From: Callorhinchus milii
Lineage: Eukaryota
Reading direction: 5' to 3'
NCBI RefSeq assembly: GCF_018977255.1
Contig: NW_024704743.1
Location: forward strand, 35,342,001 to 35,406,000
DNA: 64,000 bases
Shown: positions 1-12,479 of the stretch, piece by piece
Layout of the letters: every line of letters starts with the position of its first letter
Position numbering within the stretch: position 1 is the stretch's first letter
Translations under genes and position numbers: made by a program
The notes under the pieces: generated by a model
What the model saw: only the letters and a program-made list of their open reading frames with translations
The model's database searches: none
What the model was told of the DNA's origin: nothing

Positions 1-94
1 TATCCAATCAGGAGCTTTGAGATGTCCTCCCTATGTCAAGGGTGCTCTATGAAATATAAGGATTATTATTATTATGCTATATGTATTCCAGCAT

Positions 95-540
95 TTCGCT
101 ATCCTTTTGTTGTGCAATATGCATTATCTTACATTTATCCACATTAAATACATCTGCTACTCCTTTTCCCTGTTTTTAATTGCTCTACCACCTAGAATAC
201 CAATTATCCTCCATACATTAATCATCTGCCCATAGAGCTTGGTATCATCAGCAAATTTTATTATATTACAAGATATACTCCCCTCCACATCCGTCATGAA
301 TGGTGCGAACAGCAGGGGCCAGAGCAGACCTTTGTGGAACTGTATTGGTGATTAACTCCCAGACAGACAATTTCCATTTATCATCACCTTCTCCTTCCTA
401 TCCCTCAGCTAGGCTTCAATCTGAAAAGCTAATTTACCAGTAATTGCATGAGCTTTAACCTTCTTTAAAAGTTTCACACGTGGAACCTTACCAAATGCCT
501 TCTGAAAATCTAAGCAAATTGGATCAATAACATCCCACAT
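95..540 (-). mobile_element. Degenerate CR1-clade LINE reverse-transcriptase fragment
   Basis: Minus-strand translation gives LDFQKAFGKVP...KVKAH and IKFADDTKLYG, typical CR1 RT motifs, interrupted by stops and frameshifts. Confidence 0.85.
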
Positions 541-1158
541 AGTTCTCTCAAGCATTTTTACTTTGTTCTCATTTGTGCTGGGAGGAAGTTGGCTTCCCTG
601 GAATATGAAAGCCGGCTATGTTTAATGGGCTAATGAGGTGTTCTACTTTGTTTTTTCTGCTTCTTCATTAGGTACAATGATTACTTTTGCAAACATTTTT
701 GCAAAATATGGCATGCAAAGAGATCACTAGAATGAATAATTAAATACAGTCCTGGGGAAATGATCTTTTCTAAATAATAAATGCCAAAAACTCATTGAAT
801 TATAACTCTTAAACCAGTCATACAAAAAACAGCCTTGTAACCTGCACCAAATATAAAGTTACTTGGGCCTTTGAGTTGGGTTAGCTGAATACAGTCGCAA
901 ATAAAAATAAATGGTGTCGGACCAGATAATGGAGCTCGGTTGTATGCCTGTGATAAATAATTAAAGCTTCTTGTCAAGCAGATTTATATTGCTGTGGGAA
1001 ATGCTTTCCTCTGCTCTTTGCCTGCTCAAGCTTCAGATTCGTCAGCTGATAGTTATTGACAAGGCTTATGCTTCATGCCTTTTTAATCAGTGTGTAAGCA
1101 GACTGACAGACATTTTGGTGTTAACTTTTACAAGGTCTTTGTTTCTTTCTGATTGCAG

Positions 1159-1319
1159 CTGGTGCTCAGGACAGGATTGGCTATGCATTTGGCCTGGGGC
1201 TGGAGAGACTGGCTATGATTTTGTACAGTATACCAGATATCCGCCTGTTCTGGAGTGAAGACGAGCGGTTTTCCAAACAATTCCAGGTCGCTCATGTTGA
1301 CCAGAAAGTCTCATTTCAG
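1159..1319 (+). CDS. FARS2: FARS2 internal coding exon (equivalent to human exon 5), mitochondrial phenylalanyl-tRNA synthetase
   Basis: Acceptor ttgcag ends at 1158 and donor CAG|gtaaaa starts at 1320; 161 nt. Encodes (A)[53 protein letters not shown], containing class II aaRS motif 3. Ends in phase 0, matching the next exon. Confidence 0.97.
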
Positions 1320-1544
1320 GTAAAAAAAAAGAAACCTGGGCAGTCCCATGTATATTTTTTTACACTTTATGTGAAGCCACATTGCAAAGATGCCTATAGT
1401 TTACATCAGTGGCTCACAGTGGGAATGTTGCATCATACATGTTTGAATCATTTCCTGATTTCAGCTTTAGGTATAAAGTTATAGTTTCTTGCTTTTTAAC
1501 TTATTTTGCTCTTATGTTGATGCAGTTTTATATTGGTGTGGGAA

Positions 1545-1632
1545 ATGCCCCCTCATCCCAACCCTGCCCCACGCTTGGGTCCTGATCTCTGACTGTTCAG
1601 CGCCTTGGGATATCCTCTCAATGTGAAAGGCA
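1545..1632 (+). mobile_element. Older L2 3' tail, split by a younger antisense L2 (remainder at 2470-2500)
   Basis: cagcgccttgggatatcctctcaatgtgaaaggca continues after the insert as aaaggcactttacaaatgtaattttgttgtt. Confidence 0.8.
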
Positions 1633-2469
1633 ACAACAAAAACAACAACAAGATTCCATTTATTGAGCGCCTTTCACATCGGGAGGACGTCCCAAGGCGC
1701 TGTACAGTTGGATCAGGACCCGAGCAGAGGGGAAATGGTCAGGGTGAGGGGAGGGAAGGGAGGGAGCGAGGAGGGGGTAGAGAGTCGAGAAGGGGAGCTC
1801 AAGGCACGGTCAAAGAGAAAGGTCTTGAGACCGGCCTTGAAGGAGGAAAGGGAGGAGGCGGCGAAGGCACTGGGGGATGGAATTCCAGAGCCTAGGGGCT
1901 GAGAGGCTGAAGGCCCGGCCACCGATGGTAGGGCGGTTGGGGCGGGGGATGTGGAGCAGACCAGAGCCAGAGGAACGGAGGGTACGGGCAGGTAGGTAGG
2001 GGAGAGGTAGGAGGGAGCAAGGCCATGAATGGCCTTGTAGGTGAGGATGAGGATCTTGAATTCGATCCTCTGGGGGATGGGGAGCCAGTGGAGGTGAGCG
2101 AGGGTGGGAGTGATGTGGTCGCGAAGCCTGGTGCGGGGCAGTACACGAGCTGCAGAGTTCTGAATGACCTGCAGCTTGTGGAAGGAGGTGCCGGGAAGGA
2201 GAGAGTTCCCATAGTCCAGCCTTGAGCTGATAAAGGCGTGGACCAGGGTTTCAGCAGCGTGAGGGGTGAGGTAGTGCCGTAATCTGGCGACATTCCGGAG
2301 ATGATGGAAGGCGGTGCCAGTTGTGGTGCGGATATGAGGGAGAAAGGACAGCTCAGGGTCGAACAGAACCCCGAGGTTCCTGACGGCTTTGAGAGGTGGA
2401 GAGTGCAGCCTTGGATGCTGATGTTGTCAGCGCCTGAGGTGCGGAGGCGCTGACGCGAGCCAATCAGGA
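1633..2469 (-). mobile_element. 5'-truncated L2 LINE (ORF2 C-terminus plus 3' UTR) with TSD
   Basis: Close reverse-complement match to 17950-18875; (CAA)n tail at the left end; duplicated (g)aaaggca at 1625-1632 and 2470-2477. Confidence 0.95.
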
Positions 2470-2594
2470 GAAAGGCACTTTACAAATGTAATTTTGTTGT
2501 TCATTTGCATTTTCACCAAACACAAGACCTACAACCACCAGCTATGCTGTGTAACAGCCGTCTACATTGAGGGGCTACAGGAGAGGGGTAAAAC

Positions 2595-2746
2595 AATAAT
2601 AATAATAATCCTTGCATTTGATATAGTGCATTATCACGTCGTTGAGACGTCTCAAAAGCGCTTCACAGAATATACTGTGAAGTGAATTGACTGTATATTC
2701 TTGTGGACAAAACGCGGCAGCCAATTGTGCACAGCAGTGTCCCACA
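2595..2746 (-). mobile_element. SINE 3' fragment (dominant tRNA-SINE family)
   Basis: (AAT)n tail plus ccttgcatttgatatag...gcagccaattgtgcacagcagtgtcccaca. Confidence 0.9.
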
Positions 2747-3279
2747 TTCTGCTTGTCCTTTCATCTGTCCCTCAGATTGTTACTGAAATCAGGATGTCAA
2801 TGGGGAAGCGGTGGGGGGAGTTATATTTTTTTTCTCTCCTCTCTTGGTATGAAAGGACTGGTAAACATCTTGCATTCAGTGCATTGTGACCTCCATCTGG
2901 GTGACTATAATGGAAGGTATTTCACATTGTACCTTGTCGCAAAGAGAATCTAGGTTGGAGCTGATGCCTTTATTCCCAACCTTGTGCAATAGTTGTGTTT
3001 CCACTCTGTCTACGTCTTCACAGGCCACAGGCTCTGCATATGTTTTAAAAGGGAATTAGATATTATAGATATTATTCATATAAAAGTAACATACCACAAA
3101 GGGGTCTCTTTTAATGTGATTTATGAACATTGTATATATTTTGCCACCAACATACGGTATTTTGGTTGAACATTAACATGTTTGTTCACCCATGATATTG
3201 CTTAGGCCCCTTGCAATATTAGTGAGTTTTTTAAGACAGTGTTCCTATTTTTTCTGATTTTCTCCCCGTGGGCATTTGC

Positions 3280-3630
3280 CTCTCTGTCTCTGGTCTAGTC
3301 TCCTCTTGACCTACTTACTTCCCAATCCACTACCTGTTGTCTCCGCTCGACTGGCTCGAGCCTCCTTCTTGTCCCTCGCCCCGTCAGTTCCACCATCTGT
3401 GGCTGTGCTTTCGGCCACCATGCTCCAAAACTCTGGAACACTCTCCCTCAATCCCTCTGCCTTGCCCCATCCTTTCCCATCTTCAGGTCATGCGTGAAGA
3501 CCTTCCTCTTCGATCATGCTTACGGTCACCTCATCCTTCCCCCCCTGCTTAGCGTCATGCTCCACCGCTGTGAAGAGTTCTGGGACTCTACCTATGCGAG
3601 GGGTGCTATATAAATGCAAGTTGCTGTTGT
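3280..3630 (+). mobile_element. Older L2 3' fragment
   Basis: Translates to LWNTLPQSLCLAPSFPIF-like C-terminus; ends gtgctatataaatgcaagttgctgttg. Confidence 0.8.
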
Positions 3631-5145
3631 GATTTTGAGGATGCTGTTGCCCTCCAGTGCCCGGCCCAATTGGCCATTGTTTTGCGTGCTGCAAATTTCT
3701 ATAGTTCTTGTGATTCCTACAATAGGGTCCAAAACGTGACGATTCTCAACAGGATTCACAAATAATGGCTCAGCATCACTAATGGAGAAACCTGCCAGAA
3801 CCTGGCCAACTCACAGCATCCCTGCTCTGAAGCACTGTTAGTAGCTGTTAATAGAGAGTAGGGTTCCTATGAGTCCTGCTGAACCTCTGTGACATACTGG
3901 ACCTTCATTATTGACTCTGGAATCTGTTAGTGGATCCCATTGCAAGCTTGATACTTTTGTTCACTCCAGTAATCTTTATTCATCACATGGGAAAGCAATC
4001 AAAGTTCCCATCAAATTATGGTTGGCCTCACCAGTGGGATATCTGTTGTTGCATTCCTGACATTCCAAACCCCCCCAAACCTACGATAGGTCAGTTCTTT
4101 CACTCAGCTTCGGAGTTCTGAATGACCTGCAAGGCCTCTCATTCGCGCTCTTCTCGGCTCTGAGCAACAAAGCTAATACCATGTTTATAATGGGAGATTG
4201 CTGCCCGTGTCAACAATAACAACTTGCATTTTATAATTACAAGCGTCAAATATTTTAGATGTTTTGTAAGCTTGTCTGTCTCACTCCGAGATGCTACCCC
4301 GTGTGAAGGACGCTATATAAATGCAAGTTGCTATTGTTGTTATCTCAAATCTACATTTCCGAATTCAGAAGTGAGCAGCCGCTTGTCTGTGGTGGAACAG
4401 ATTGATTGACAAGCTTTTCTGACAAAATATACAAGGCGCTATATTCCTTCAGCAAAATGCTTTTGGGAACTTTTTCCTATATTTGTGGAATCACCATAGG
4501 GATGGAAGCAGTGAACTTTATGAAGCATGCATTTTTTAATGTTTAAAATGTGACTTTCAGCATTTGTTGCAATGAGTGATAACAACTGCTTGCTTTCCAC
4601 CTTTTCCTGAACATCCAGTACTGGTTTCTATAGTGCTGTGCCAAAAATGTTGCCCAGAATTCAAGTCAGTCATTTATTGGGTGAACTGTGATGCAGCAAC
4701 TTATGCCCTCATAAATTAATTTATGATAATATTAATACTTAACCCTTACATTTAGTATAGCATTTAAAATATACAGTCAATCCACTGCAGTATATACTGG
4801 GAAGAACTTTGAGCTGTCTCAATGACGTGATAAGATGCTATATCAAATGCAAGGATTATTATCGTAGCACCTTTCATATCAAGATGATGCCCCAAAACTT
4901 CGCAGGATATACTGTAAAGTGGAGTGACTGTTTTGTGGGCGAACTTGGCAGCCAGTTTGTGCACAGCAATGTTCCATGCACAGCCATGAAACATATTAGG
5001 AATTTGATGTTCACTGTCCATTATTGGGATAAATTTGCTGAGGTGAAAGAAAGTTGCGTATATTACAATTCCTGATACTGATCTTTTCTGGTACTTAGGA
5101 AATGAAATCTACATATTGGTAATATTAATTAGGACAATAATAGTG

Positions 5146-5307
5146 CGGGTCACTCAGTCCATGACTGTTTGTGGGACACTGCTGTGCGCAATTGGCAGCC
5201 GCGTTTGACCCACAAAATATAGTCAATTCACTTTACAGTATATTCTGTGAAGCGCTTTAAGACATCTTCACGACATGATAAGGCACTATATCAAATGCAA
5301 GGATTAT
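5146..5307 (+). mobile_element. SINE 3' half
   Basis: ctgtttgtgggacactgctgtgcgcaattggcagccgcg...tatatcaaatgcaaggattat. Confidence 0.9.
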
Positions 5308-5592
5308 CTATTTCACTCACTTGAGCAGAGAAGAGACATGAGGTTGTAGTATAACATAATAGAGGCTACTAAATTTGTTACATATCGAATATATATCAAA
5401 TGCTATATCAAATGCAAGGGTTTTTATTATTATTATTATTACATTGGTGGACTTGTAAGGGAGCAGCCAGTGCACAACTAGGTTGGCCCAATAAAAATTG
5501 CATCATTAAGCACTTGCATTATGAACTGCACTGCAGTGTATGTATTTTTAATAATGTTTCTAGATATTATGTATATATTGCACTTTCATTTA

Positions 5593-6080
5593 ACGACAAC
5601 AAGATTACATTTGTATAGTGCCTTTCACGTCGGGAGGACGTCCCAAGGCGCTGGACAGAGTACAGCATTTCAGACCTGAGCTGGGTTGGGGGGGCGAAGG
5701 AGGGGAAGGGGGGTGGTCGATGGCATGGTCGAAGAGGAGGGTCTTGAGGCGGGACTTGAAGGAGGCTAAGAGGGGGTGAGGCGGAGTGATTGGGGGATGG
5801 AATTCTTGAGGTTGGGGACAGAGTGGCTGAAGGCTCTCCCGCCAATGGTGGGGGGGCCATGTGTTGGGGGACATGGAGCAGGCCGGAGCCGGCTGAGTGG
5901 AGGAAACGGGCGGGTTGGTAGGGGATTAGGAGGTCGCCGAGGTAGGGTGGGGGGGTCCATGGAGAGCTTTGTATGTGAGGACCAGGATCTGAAGGATAGG
6001 GAGCCAGTGGAGTCGGGCGAGAGTGAGGGGGTCACGGAGTTTGGTGCAGGAGAGGACATGAGCTGCAGAGTTCTGGATTA
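5593..6080 (-). mobile_element. 5'-truncated L2 LINE
   Basis: Homologous to the 3' part of the 17.4-kb L2 ([17 protein letters not shown]). Possible TSD tcattta at 5586-5592 and 6081-6087. Confidence 0.9.
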
Positions 6081-6500
6081 TCATTTATTTAATTTATTTA
6101 AGTATCATTTATATTTACAGTTTGAAAAATCATTATTATTTTGATGCTGCTTAAACGATCTTTCAGTTACCTGATGCCCATTATTTTTTGTGTGGTCAGA
6201 AGATGGTCGTATGCACTTGTTCTTGAACATACCCAGTAATTATAAGCTTCCAAGGATAGCATAGTATCAATCTTTTTCATTAAGTATGTAGTATCTCAAC
6301 CTTTGTTTCAGTGAGTGTTCTGTTTTCTAAACTTAAACATTACTGACAGTTCTGAGAAAATTGGTACATTTTACCTGTTTATTTCAAAAGGCTTCATGTT
6401 GCTATAGCCAAACCCTGAACTTGAGTCAGTGTCCTTTACTTCTGGACTTTTTGACCAGGTTAAAATTTTATTATTAGAGTTAATTTTATCATTACTCTGT

Positions 6501-6600
6501 AGGATCTTGAATACTTCAATAACATCTCAAACACTTCAATTAGACATTGAATACTTCAATAAGGTCTTCAATGCTTCAATGGGATCTTTAATCATTTAAA
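6501..6600. repeat. Degenerate minisatellite, 5 x 20 bp
   Basis: aggatcttgaatacttcaat / aacatctcaaacacttcaat / tagacattgaatacttcaat / aaggtcttcaatgcttcaat / gggatctttaatcatttaaa. Confidence 0.85.
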
Positions 6601-8962
6601 TAAGCAATTAAGGATTTTTCGGAAATAATGTTATGCAGTATCATATTTCTGCGAGTGTGAATCAATACAGCAAAGCCTTTCTAATAAATGTAAGTGAATA
6701 GTATATCAATTTCCCCAGGAATAGGTAATATATTGGTGTAGTCAATACAGCGAAAGATGAACAGAGTAGCAATGAGAGTTGCAGAAGCCTGAGATCACTT
6801 TGGTTCTCACCTGTCACTGCTTGAATAAAGTCGCTCAGTTATTTTCATACACTACCCTCTAGACCTGTTTCTTCCATTCAAAGGTATTCTGAACAGAATT
6901 CACATTGGTGGAATGAATTGTGAGCAGTAAAATTCAACTATCATGATATTATTTCTCTTGGCAATGCCGTGAAGGAATTCAGGATCTGAATTCAACAACA
7001 ACTTCAACAATTTACATTTAAATAGTGCTTTTCACGTCGCGAGGACGCCTCAAAGTGCTTCAAAGGGAATTCTAGACTTTAGGTATTTACAAAACATTTG
7101 CTCCAGGTTTATGATGTTTATGCATGTGAAACTCATCAATGTCATATTATATTAATGTTTCAGTAGCAAGAATCTCACTAAGGTTTTGATGTATGGCATA
7201 ATTTTTGCTCTGTGCAAGGTTATAGTGATTAGGATGATATATGCATAGATATAAGGCCAATGTTTCTATATTTGTCGAGGTGTGACTTTGAATTCTTCTT
7301 GTTGGATAGACATACATAACAGTTGTTGTACTCACACCGGAGTACAAGGTCAGCATTTTTATATATGTGTGTGTGTATATATGTCTCTCCACAAACAGAA
7401 ATCAAAGTTAGACTCGGACAACTATAGTACATTATGAAAACATACAAACAAATAGTTTAGTATATGCATATATCGCCCTAATCTCTGTTGGCCTGACTTT
7501 GGTAAACTCGACCCAGTTATACAGTACTACTAATAGATATTGCTCGTTAGAGAAAACATGTGTCAAATTTGCAGACTAACATTCGAAAAATGCACATATT
7601 TTGCAGACGTATCCCTTTAGTCGGCTGGGATCTTTGAAGATATTAAAGAGACGTTTCTTAAATTTTTTTTAAACGAGCCTCTAATTTCACGAGGTTGCTG
7701 AGTTGGGTTGCGGAAGTAGGAAGGGCAGAAACTGGGTAGGTAGATGGTCAAGGGAGCAGGTGGTGGGTTTTATATGGGAGTTGAGGTTGGAGAGTAACAA
7801 AGGAAAAATGGGGAGAAAAGGTGTGCAGGTTAGGGACAGTGGGAGTGGTGGAGGTAGAGGTTGAAGAGGAAGATTAGTCCAAGCAGATTTTATTGTTTTT
7901 TCTTGTCACAAGGAAGCCCTTGACCTGCTCACGTCTAGAGGTTAACGTGAGGAAGGTGATGAGGAGGATGACAGAGAAAGTGAATAGTGGTAAAAAAGAG
8001 CAACCTGAGAATTTTGTTGGGCACAATGGCCTTTGGAATAAAGTACCAGAAGGTGCCAGTCTTCTCTCTATCTCTTTTTTCTCTTTCTTCCATTATTTTT
8101 TTCTCTCTCTCTCTCTGACTATTTCTTCTTTCTTATTCTAACTTTTTCTTTCTCGCTCTCTGCTTTTGATCAAAGCACTTTTTTGGTGTAAACAAACCCG
8201 AATCCAGCCCCTCCCCCCCGCCCGCCCCCAGTGTCCTCTGTACATCGTTGCATTTGGCAAATGAACCTTTAATTGCAAACAGTTCAACCACAACACTGTT
8301 GAGGCAATTCAACCCACTGTTTATTTCACGTTTTTTGTTTCAATTAGTTCAGCCGGTTTCAAGAAGATGCACAGTACAGCCAAGAAACAAACGAGTTCAA
8401 AATCAAAACTATTTAGGTCAGGAGATTATTTTGTGATAAAAAGTTTTTTTCTTTTGAGCGTGCCGAAGTATTGAAACAAGTTGAGTTTTCAGCACTGTCA
8501 GGAGTGAGGGGCGATGGGGTCTCGTTTAGTTGTTGTCCTGCGATCCTAGTAATCATGAGTTCAAATTAAGCTGTTGATAAAAATCCATGTTTTTGCTACA
8601 AGCTGACGTGAGAATTATTAACTCTAACTTATTATTATTATTAACTCTAAAAGTTTAATTACTTTTCATATCAGTTTGGGGTGGCAGTGGCCGTAACGCT
8701 GACTAAAGAAGGGTAATAAGGACTGGATTGTAAGTTAACAATGATCACTTTTTTTTAACACCAAACAATGCAACCTCTGTGAACCTCAGACTCGAAGTGG
8801 AACTTAATTTACATTTTTGAAAAGCCAACAGTCAGTCTCTTTATAATATAATCTTTGCATTTAATATGGCGCCTTATCACGTCTCAGCCAAATTTTTAAT
8901 GAAAAGGCCTGTATTGCACAGTCACGTTATTTGCCAGCACAATATTATTGAAGCTAGGAGCA

Positions 8963-9135
8963 TAATAATAATAATCCTTGCATTTGGTATAGTGCTTTTC
9001 ACATCTTCTAGACATCTCAAAGCGCTTCACAGAATATACTGTAAAGTGAATTGACTGCATTTTTGTGGGCGAAACGCGGCAGCCAATTGCGCACAGCAGT
9101 GTCCCACAAACAGTTGTGGATTGAGTGACCAGACT
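8963..9135 (-). mobile_element. SINE 3' half
   Basis: Reverse complement of the SINE tail and central region. Confidence 0.9.
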
Positions 9136-9544
9136 ATTATTGTCAGGTAATGTCAGGTTATAGGTTTCATAAAACATGGTGATCTTTTCAACCACACTTT
9201 AGGTCACCTTTCCTGAAGAGTGAGATCAAGTGGACTTACAACCACACCTTTCATATGATCTTGTGATTTTGAATTTGTATTTTTGTAACAGAAGTGTTCA
9301 GTAGCAAAGAACACATTCTGTGTTAATAAATTCTGCATTGGTAATTCTCAGTTTGATCAGAAGTATAGAAGGATATTCTCAATGACCTCTCCCATTGTGA
9401 CACAATGTATTCCATATTTATGGATCTATCCCCTACATGTAATCTGCTCTCCCTGTATTTTTCCAAGTGTACTGGTTTATTTCGTCTAACTTAGCTTCAC
9501 TTTTGTTCTGTCTTCTCTTTGATTCCTTACTTCTCTCACTATCA

Positions 9545-9895
9545 TTTCTTGTTGGATGTGAAATGACCAACTACTGATAGTCCACATCCTTGGCACAGAA
9601 CTGGCTCCAAGGTGCACTGTGTGGCAACAGAATGTTCGAATCGAGCCAACTCTCTGCGGTGGCCTCGGTAGTCCAGTTCTTGAGCCAGGTGGGTCCACAG
9701 GACTCCAGGGCACCACTGATGACAGCACGGACAGCAGGACTTGAGGGGCAGACCTGTTATTAGGAGTAGTGATTCTTTCTGATAACCCTGCAAAATAAAG
9801 CCGTAATGAGTAAGGTGATCCCAGCTGGACAAACAGCATGAGGTGCTTGGCAGGCTACGTGGTTTTAGCTGGTTAGAATCCAGCAGTACCCTAAA
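9545..9895 (-). repeat. Unclassified dispersed repeat (family X), copy 1
   Basis: Aligns by eye to 33120-33430 (same strand) and to 15540-15635 and 58650-58812 (opposite strand). Shared motif ttttagctggttaga.tc.agcagta.cc. Confidence 0.8.
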
Positions 9896-11005
9896 GCAGG
9901 AATCCTCAACCTTTTGCTCTTGCCAACTTGTGCCTAATAGAGTACTTTGGAATTAGGTAAACAGGATGTATTGCTCCAGGGGGAGAGCACACATTTCATT
10001 GCAGACCCAGGGACATTTCCATGTATATTCGTGCGTGAAAGTTGCGACTGGTTTAGATACTCTTAAGCGTGCAATAGGTTTCCGCAAGTGTCAGACTAAA
10101 ATAAAATGTATTGCTTTTTGTTAAATTCTGTTTATTGATCTCGCCTCCTACTGCAAACTATTTGTTTCTCAATGAATTCATAATATTTAAAGTATTAAAA
10201 CTAAGCCCTTGTGTGCTGCTCTGTGTATTTCAGTTTTATTTGATCATTTTTTAAATAAGTATGTTAGGGAACGATAGAGAGAGGCTATAAATTATTTTCA
10301 GTTGCACAATTTATTCAGGTGTAGGCATTGGAACTAATTTCTTTGACCATCCAGTCCACAGAACAGCCTCAGTCAATACAGCCTAAGTTTAATAATTTGT
10401 CTCAGAGCTAGTGTAAAACTTCTATCTCTGTGATGCACCGACACTGTAATGTTTCAAAATTGGCAATTTGAGAAAAAGAAATTGGGGATAGGATTCCTTT
10501 TACCCGTGGCCAGCAATAAAGGTACATGGCTCAGCTGAGAATGCTTTTCGCTCCTAATATTTGGGTGTATTGAAAAAAACTCAGCAAGCTATAAATTTAA
10601 AGTAGCTCCATGATGAGTTATTAAAATGTCAAATTGTTGGCTGTGTGATTTCTAATGTTACCCTGAGCTGTTGGGAATTTTTTTTAGAGGATAACACTTT
10701 CTGCATAGCTTTGAAGAACACAGAAAGATACTGAAGTTCAATATCTGCTGAATTCTAATATGCTTTCTAAATAAGGATCAGTGGAATTTCGGCTCCAGCG
10801 TGATTTATTTTCAGCGTGACATTCCACTGGGTCTGTGTGATGTGAACGAAAGTGCCCGCTTGTATTCCTTATTCCAGATTCCTTATTAAGTATTTCTGTT
10901 AGAAATTGCCATATTAGTTCCTATTGTTAACTATTTAAAGTGCTCTCTATACAATTAATACAGTTATTAAACTTTCTGGAGCTCTAGTTGGCAGAGAGTT
11001 CTAGT

Positions 11006-11430
11006 TATCACACCATCTTTTCACCTGTGGGGCCTGGGTTTGTATTCAGTCAAGATTAATTAGAGGAGAGTCACCTCTGTTTGCAGGCTTTAAGAGTGCT
11101 GTGTTGAGAAGTGCGACCAGTTTCAACTCAGCTCCTCATGGTACACGCATTGCAAAACTGACGAGAATTCAGCACTGACCAAAAGTGGCAGTGTCACTCA
11201 GAGATGTTCAATACATGATCTGTGTAGATAAAGAAGCATTCACACTAGTTAAGTATAGGTCACTCTTCTGATGTTGCATTTAAAACCTATTCTTAGGGCA
11301 GAGTAGAGGGAGCTTCAACCTATTTGGTCACACTGTAATTGACCTGAAAGTGCTTGATGCCAGCACTGAGCAACAGAAAGATGAAAAGTGTACAGTTCCA
11401 CTGCACTAACATCCTTGTTGAGCAAAAGCA
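11006..11430 (+). mobile_element. Ancient LF-SINE-like element
   Basis: Ordered motifs resemble the recalled LF-SINE consensus: cttttcacctgtggggcctgggtttgtattcagtc, tttcaactcagctcctcatgg, ggcagtgtcactcagaga, tagggcagagtagagggagctt. Confidence 0.5.
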
Positions 11431-11460
11431 TCAAAGTGTAGAAAATGATGGATTCCCAGG

Positions 11461-11523
11461 AGTCTTCCCATTAGTCTGGGCTGGATGCAAACCTAGGTCC
11501 TGGAGTGAAAAGATAGTGTGATA
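11461..11523 (-). mobile_element. Inverted copy of the head of the preceding element
   Basis: Reverse complement tatcacactatcttttcactccaggacctaggtttgcatccagcccagactaatgg matches 11006-11062. Confidence 0.65.
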
Positions 11524-11993
11524 GTGATAACCTTATTAAGAAGCAAGCTAAAGCCAGCTAATGATCATCACCTGAGCCCTGAGGTGAAATTACTGGCATC
11601 AAATTACTTCATATACAATTCTGCTTTACAGTCTGCACTGCCATGTTGCTGTGTGGGGGGGGATTGTCTCAATTTAACCTTGCTGTGAAAGATGTTGGCT
11701 GGGACAATCATCTAATCATTCTACGTGATGATTGCAATGTAAATAAATCATAAATTTATCAAGTTAGAGCATTCAATCTATCTAATTTCAAAACTATAAT
11801 CATGTTTTCTTACATTATCCTATTTTAAATCATGTGTTTGTATATTATCCTATTTTTCAACAATGGTAAGACTGATAGCTCTCAGTGTGTGGGACCCACA
11901 GAGCACTAGTTGTTCTGCTCATTCGTGGGGTAAATTGACATTTAGTCACCAATTCACTACTGAGTATTCTCCACAAACACCTTACATGGAGGA

Positions 11994-12310
11994 GAGTCCT
12001 GTAGCTCAGTGGTTACAGCACTCGCCTCGCAAGCGAGAGATCTGGGTTTGATTCCCGGCAGGGCGAAACCTTGGGCAAATTTTCTTACTCCACACACCTG
12101 ATAATATTCCCTCAAGGAAATAAAGAAATAAAATAGCTATTTGGTCGCTCAATCCACGACTGTTTCCGGGACACTGCTGTGCGCAATTGGCTGCTGCATT
12201 TTGCCCACAACTATACAGTCAATTTGCTTTACAGTATATTCTGTGAAGAGCTTTGAGATGTTTAGAAGACGTGAAAAGCGCTATATCAAATGCAAGGATT
12301 ATTATTATTA
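11994..12310 (+). mobile_element. Full-length tRNA-derived SINE, short subfamily
   Basis: A box (tagctcagtgg) and B box (ggtttgattcc); ccttgggcaa block; Deu-like tgctgtgcgcaattggctgc; L2-like tail ending (TTA)n. Confidence 0.95.
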
Positions 12311-12479
12311 CATCTTCACCTACCTGTACTACTTAATAATAGTAATAATAATCCAAGCATTTAATACTCCATCTTTTACGTTGGGCTGACGTCTCAAAGC
12401 ATTCTGCAGGATTTACTGTAAAGTGTACTGTCTGTATTTTTATAAGAATAATAATGCTTACATAGGAAGGAAGAACATA

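Noticed and set aside
1181..1285. W-to-Y in motif 3 and L-to-S in RFLKQF as signs of pseudogenisation
   Set aside because: Frames and splice sites are intact, the aromatic swap is conservative, and Ser at that position is recalled from fungal orthologs.
1215..1484. ORF-track calls 1215-1484 and 26850-27179 as standalone genes
   Set aside because: Only the spliced exon portions match FARS2; the rest is intron read-through.
6501..6600. CRISPR-like array
   Set aside because: Contiguous degenerate 20-bp tandem units without unique spacers; no cas genes; vertebrate intron.
11994..12065. tRNA genes at SINE 5' ends
   Set aside because: These are SINE heads with A/B boxes but no acceptor stem, and they continue into the SINE body.
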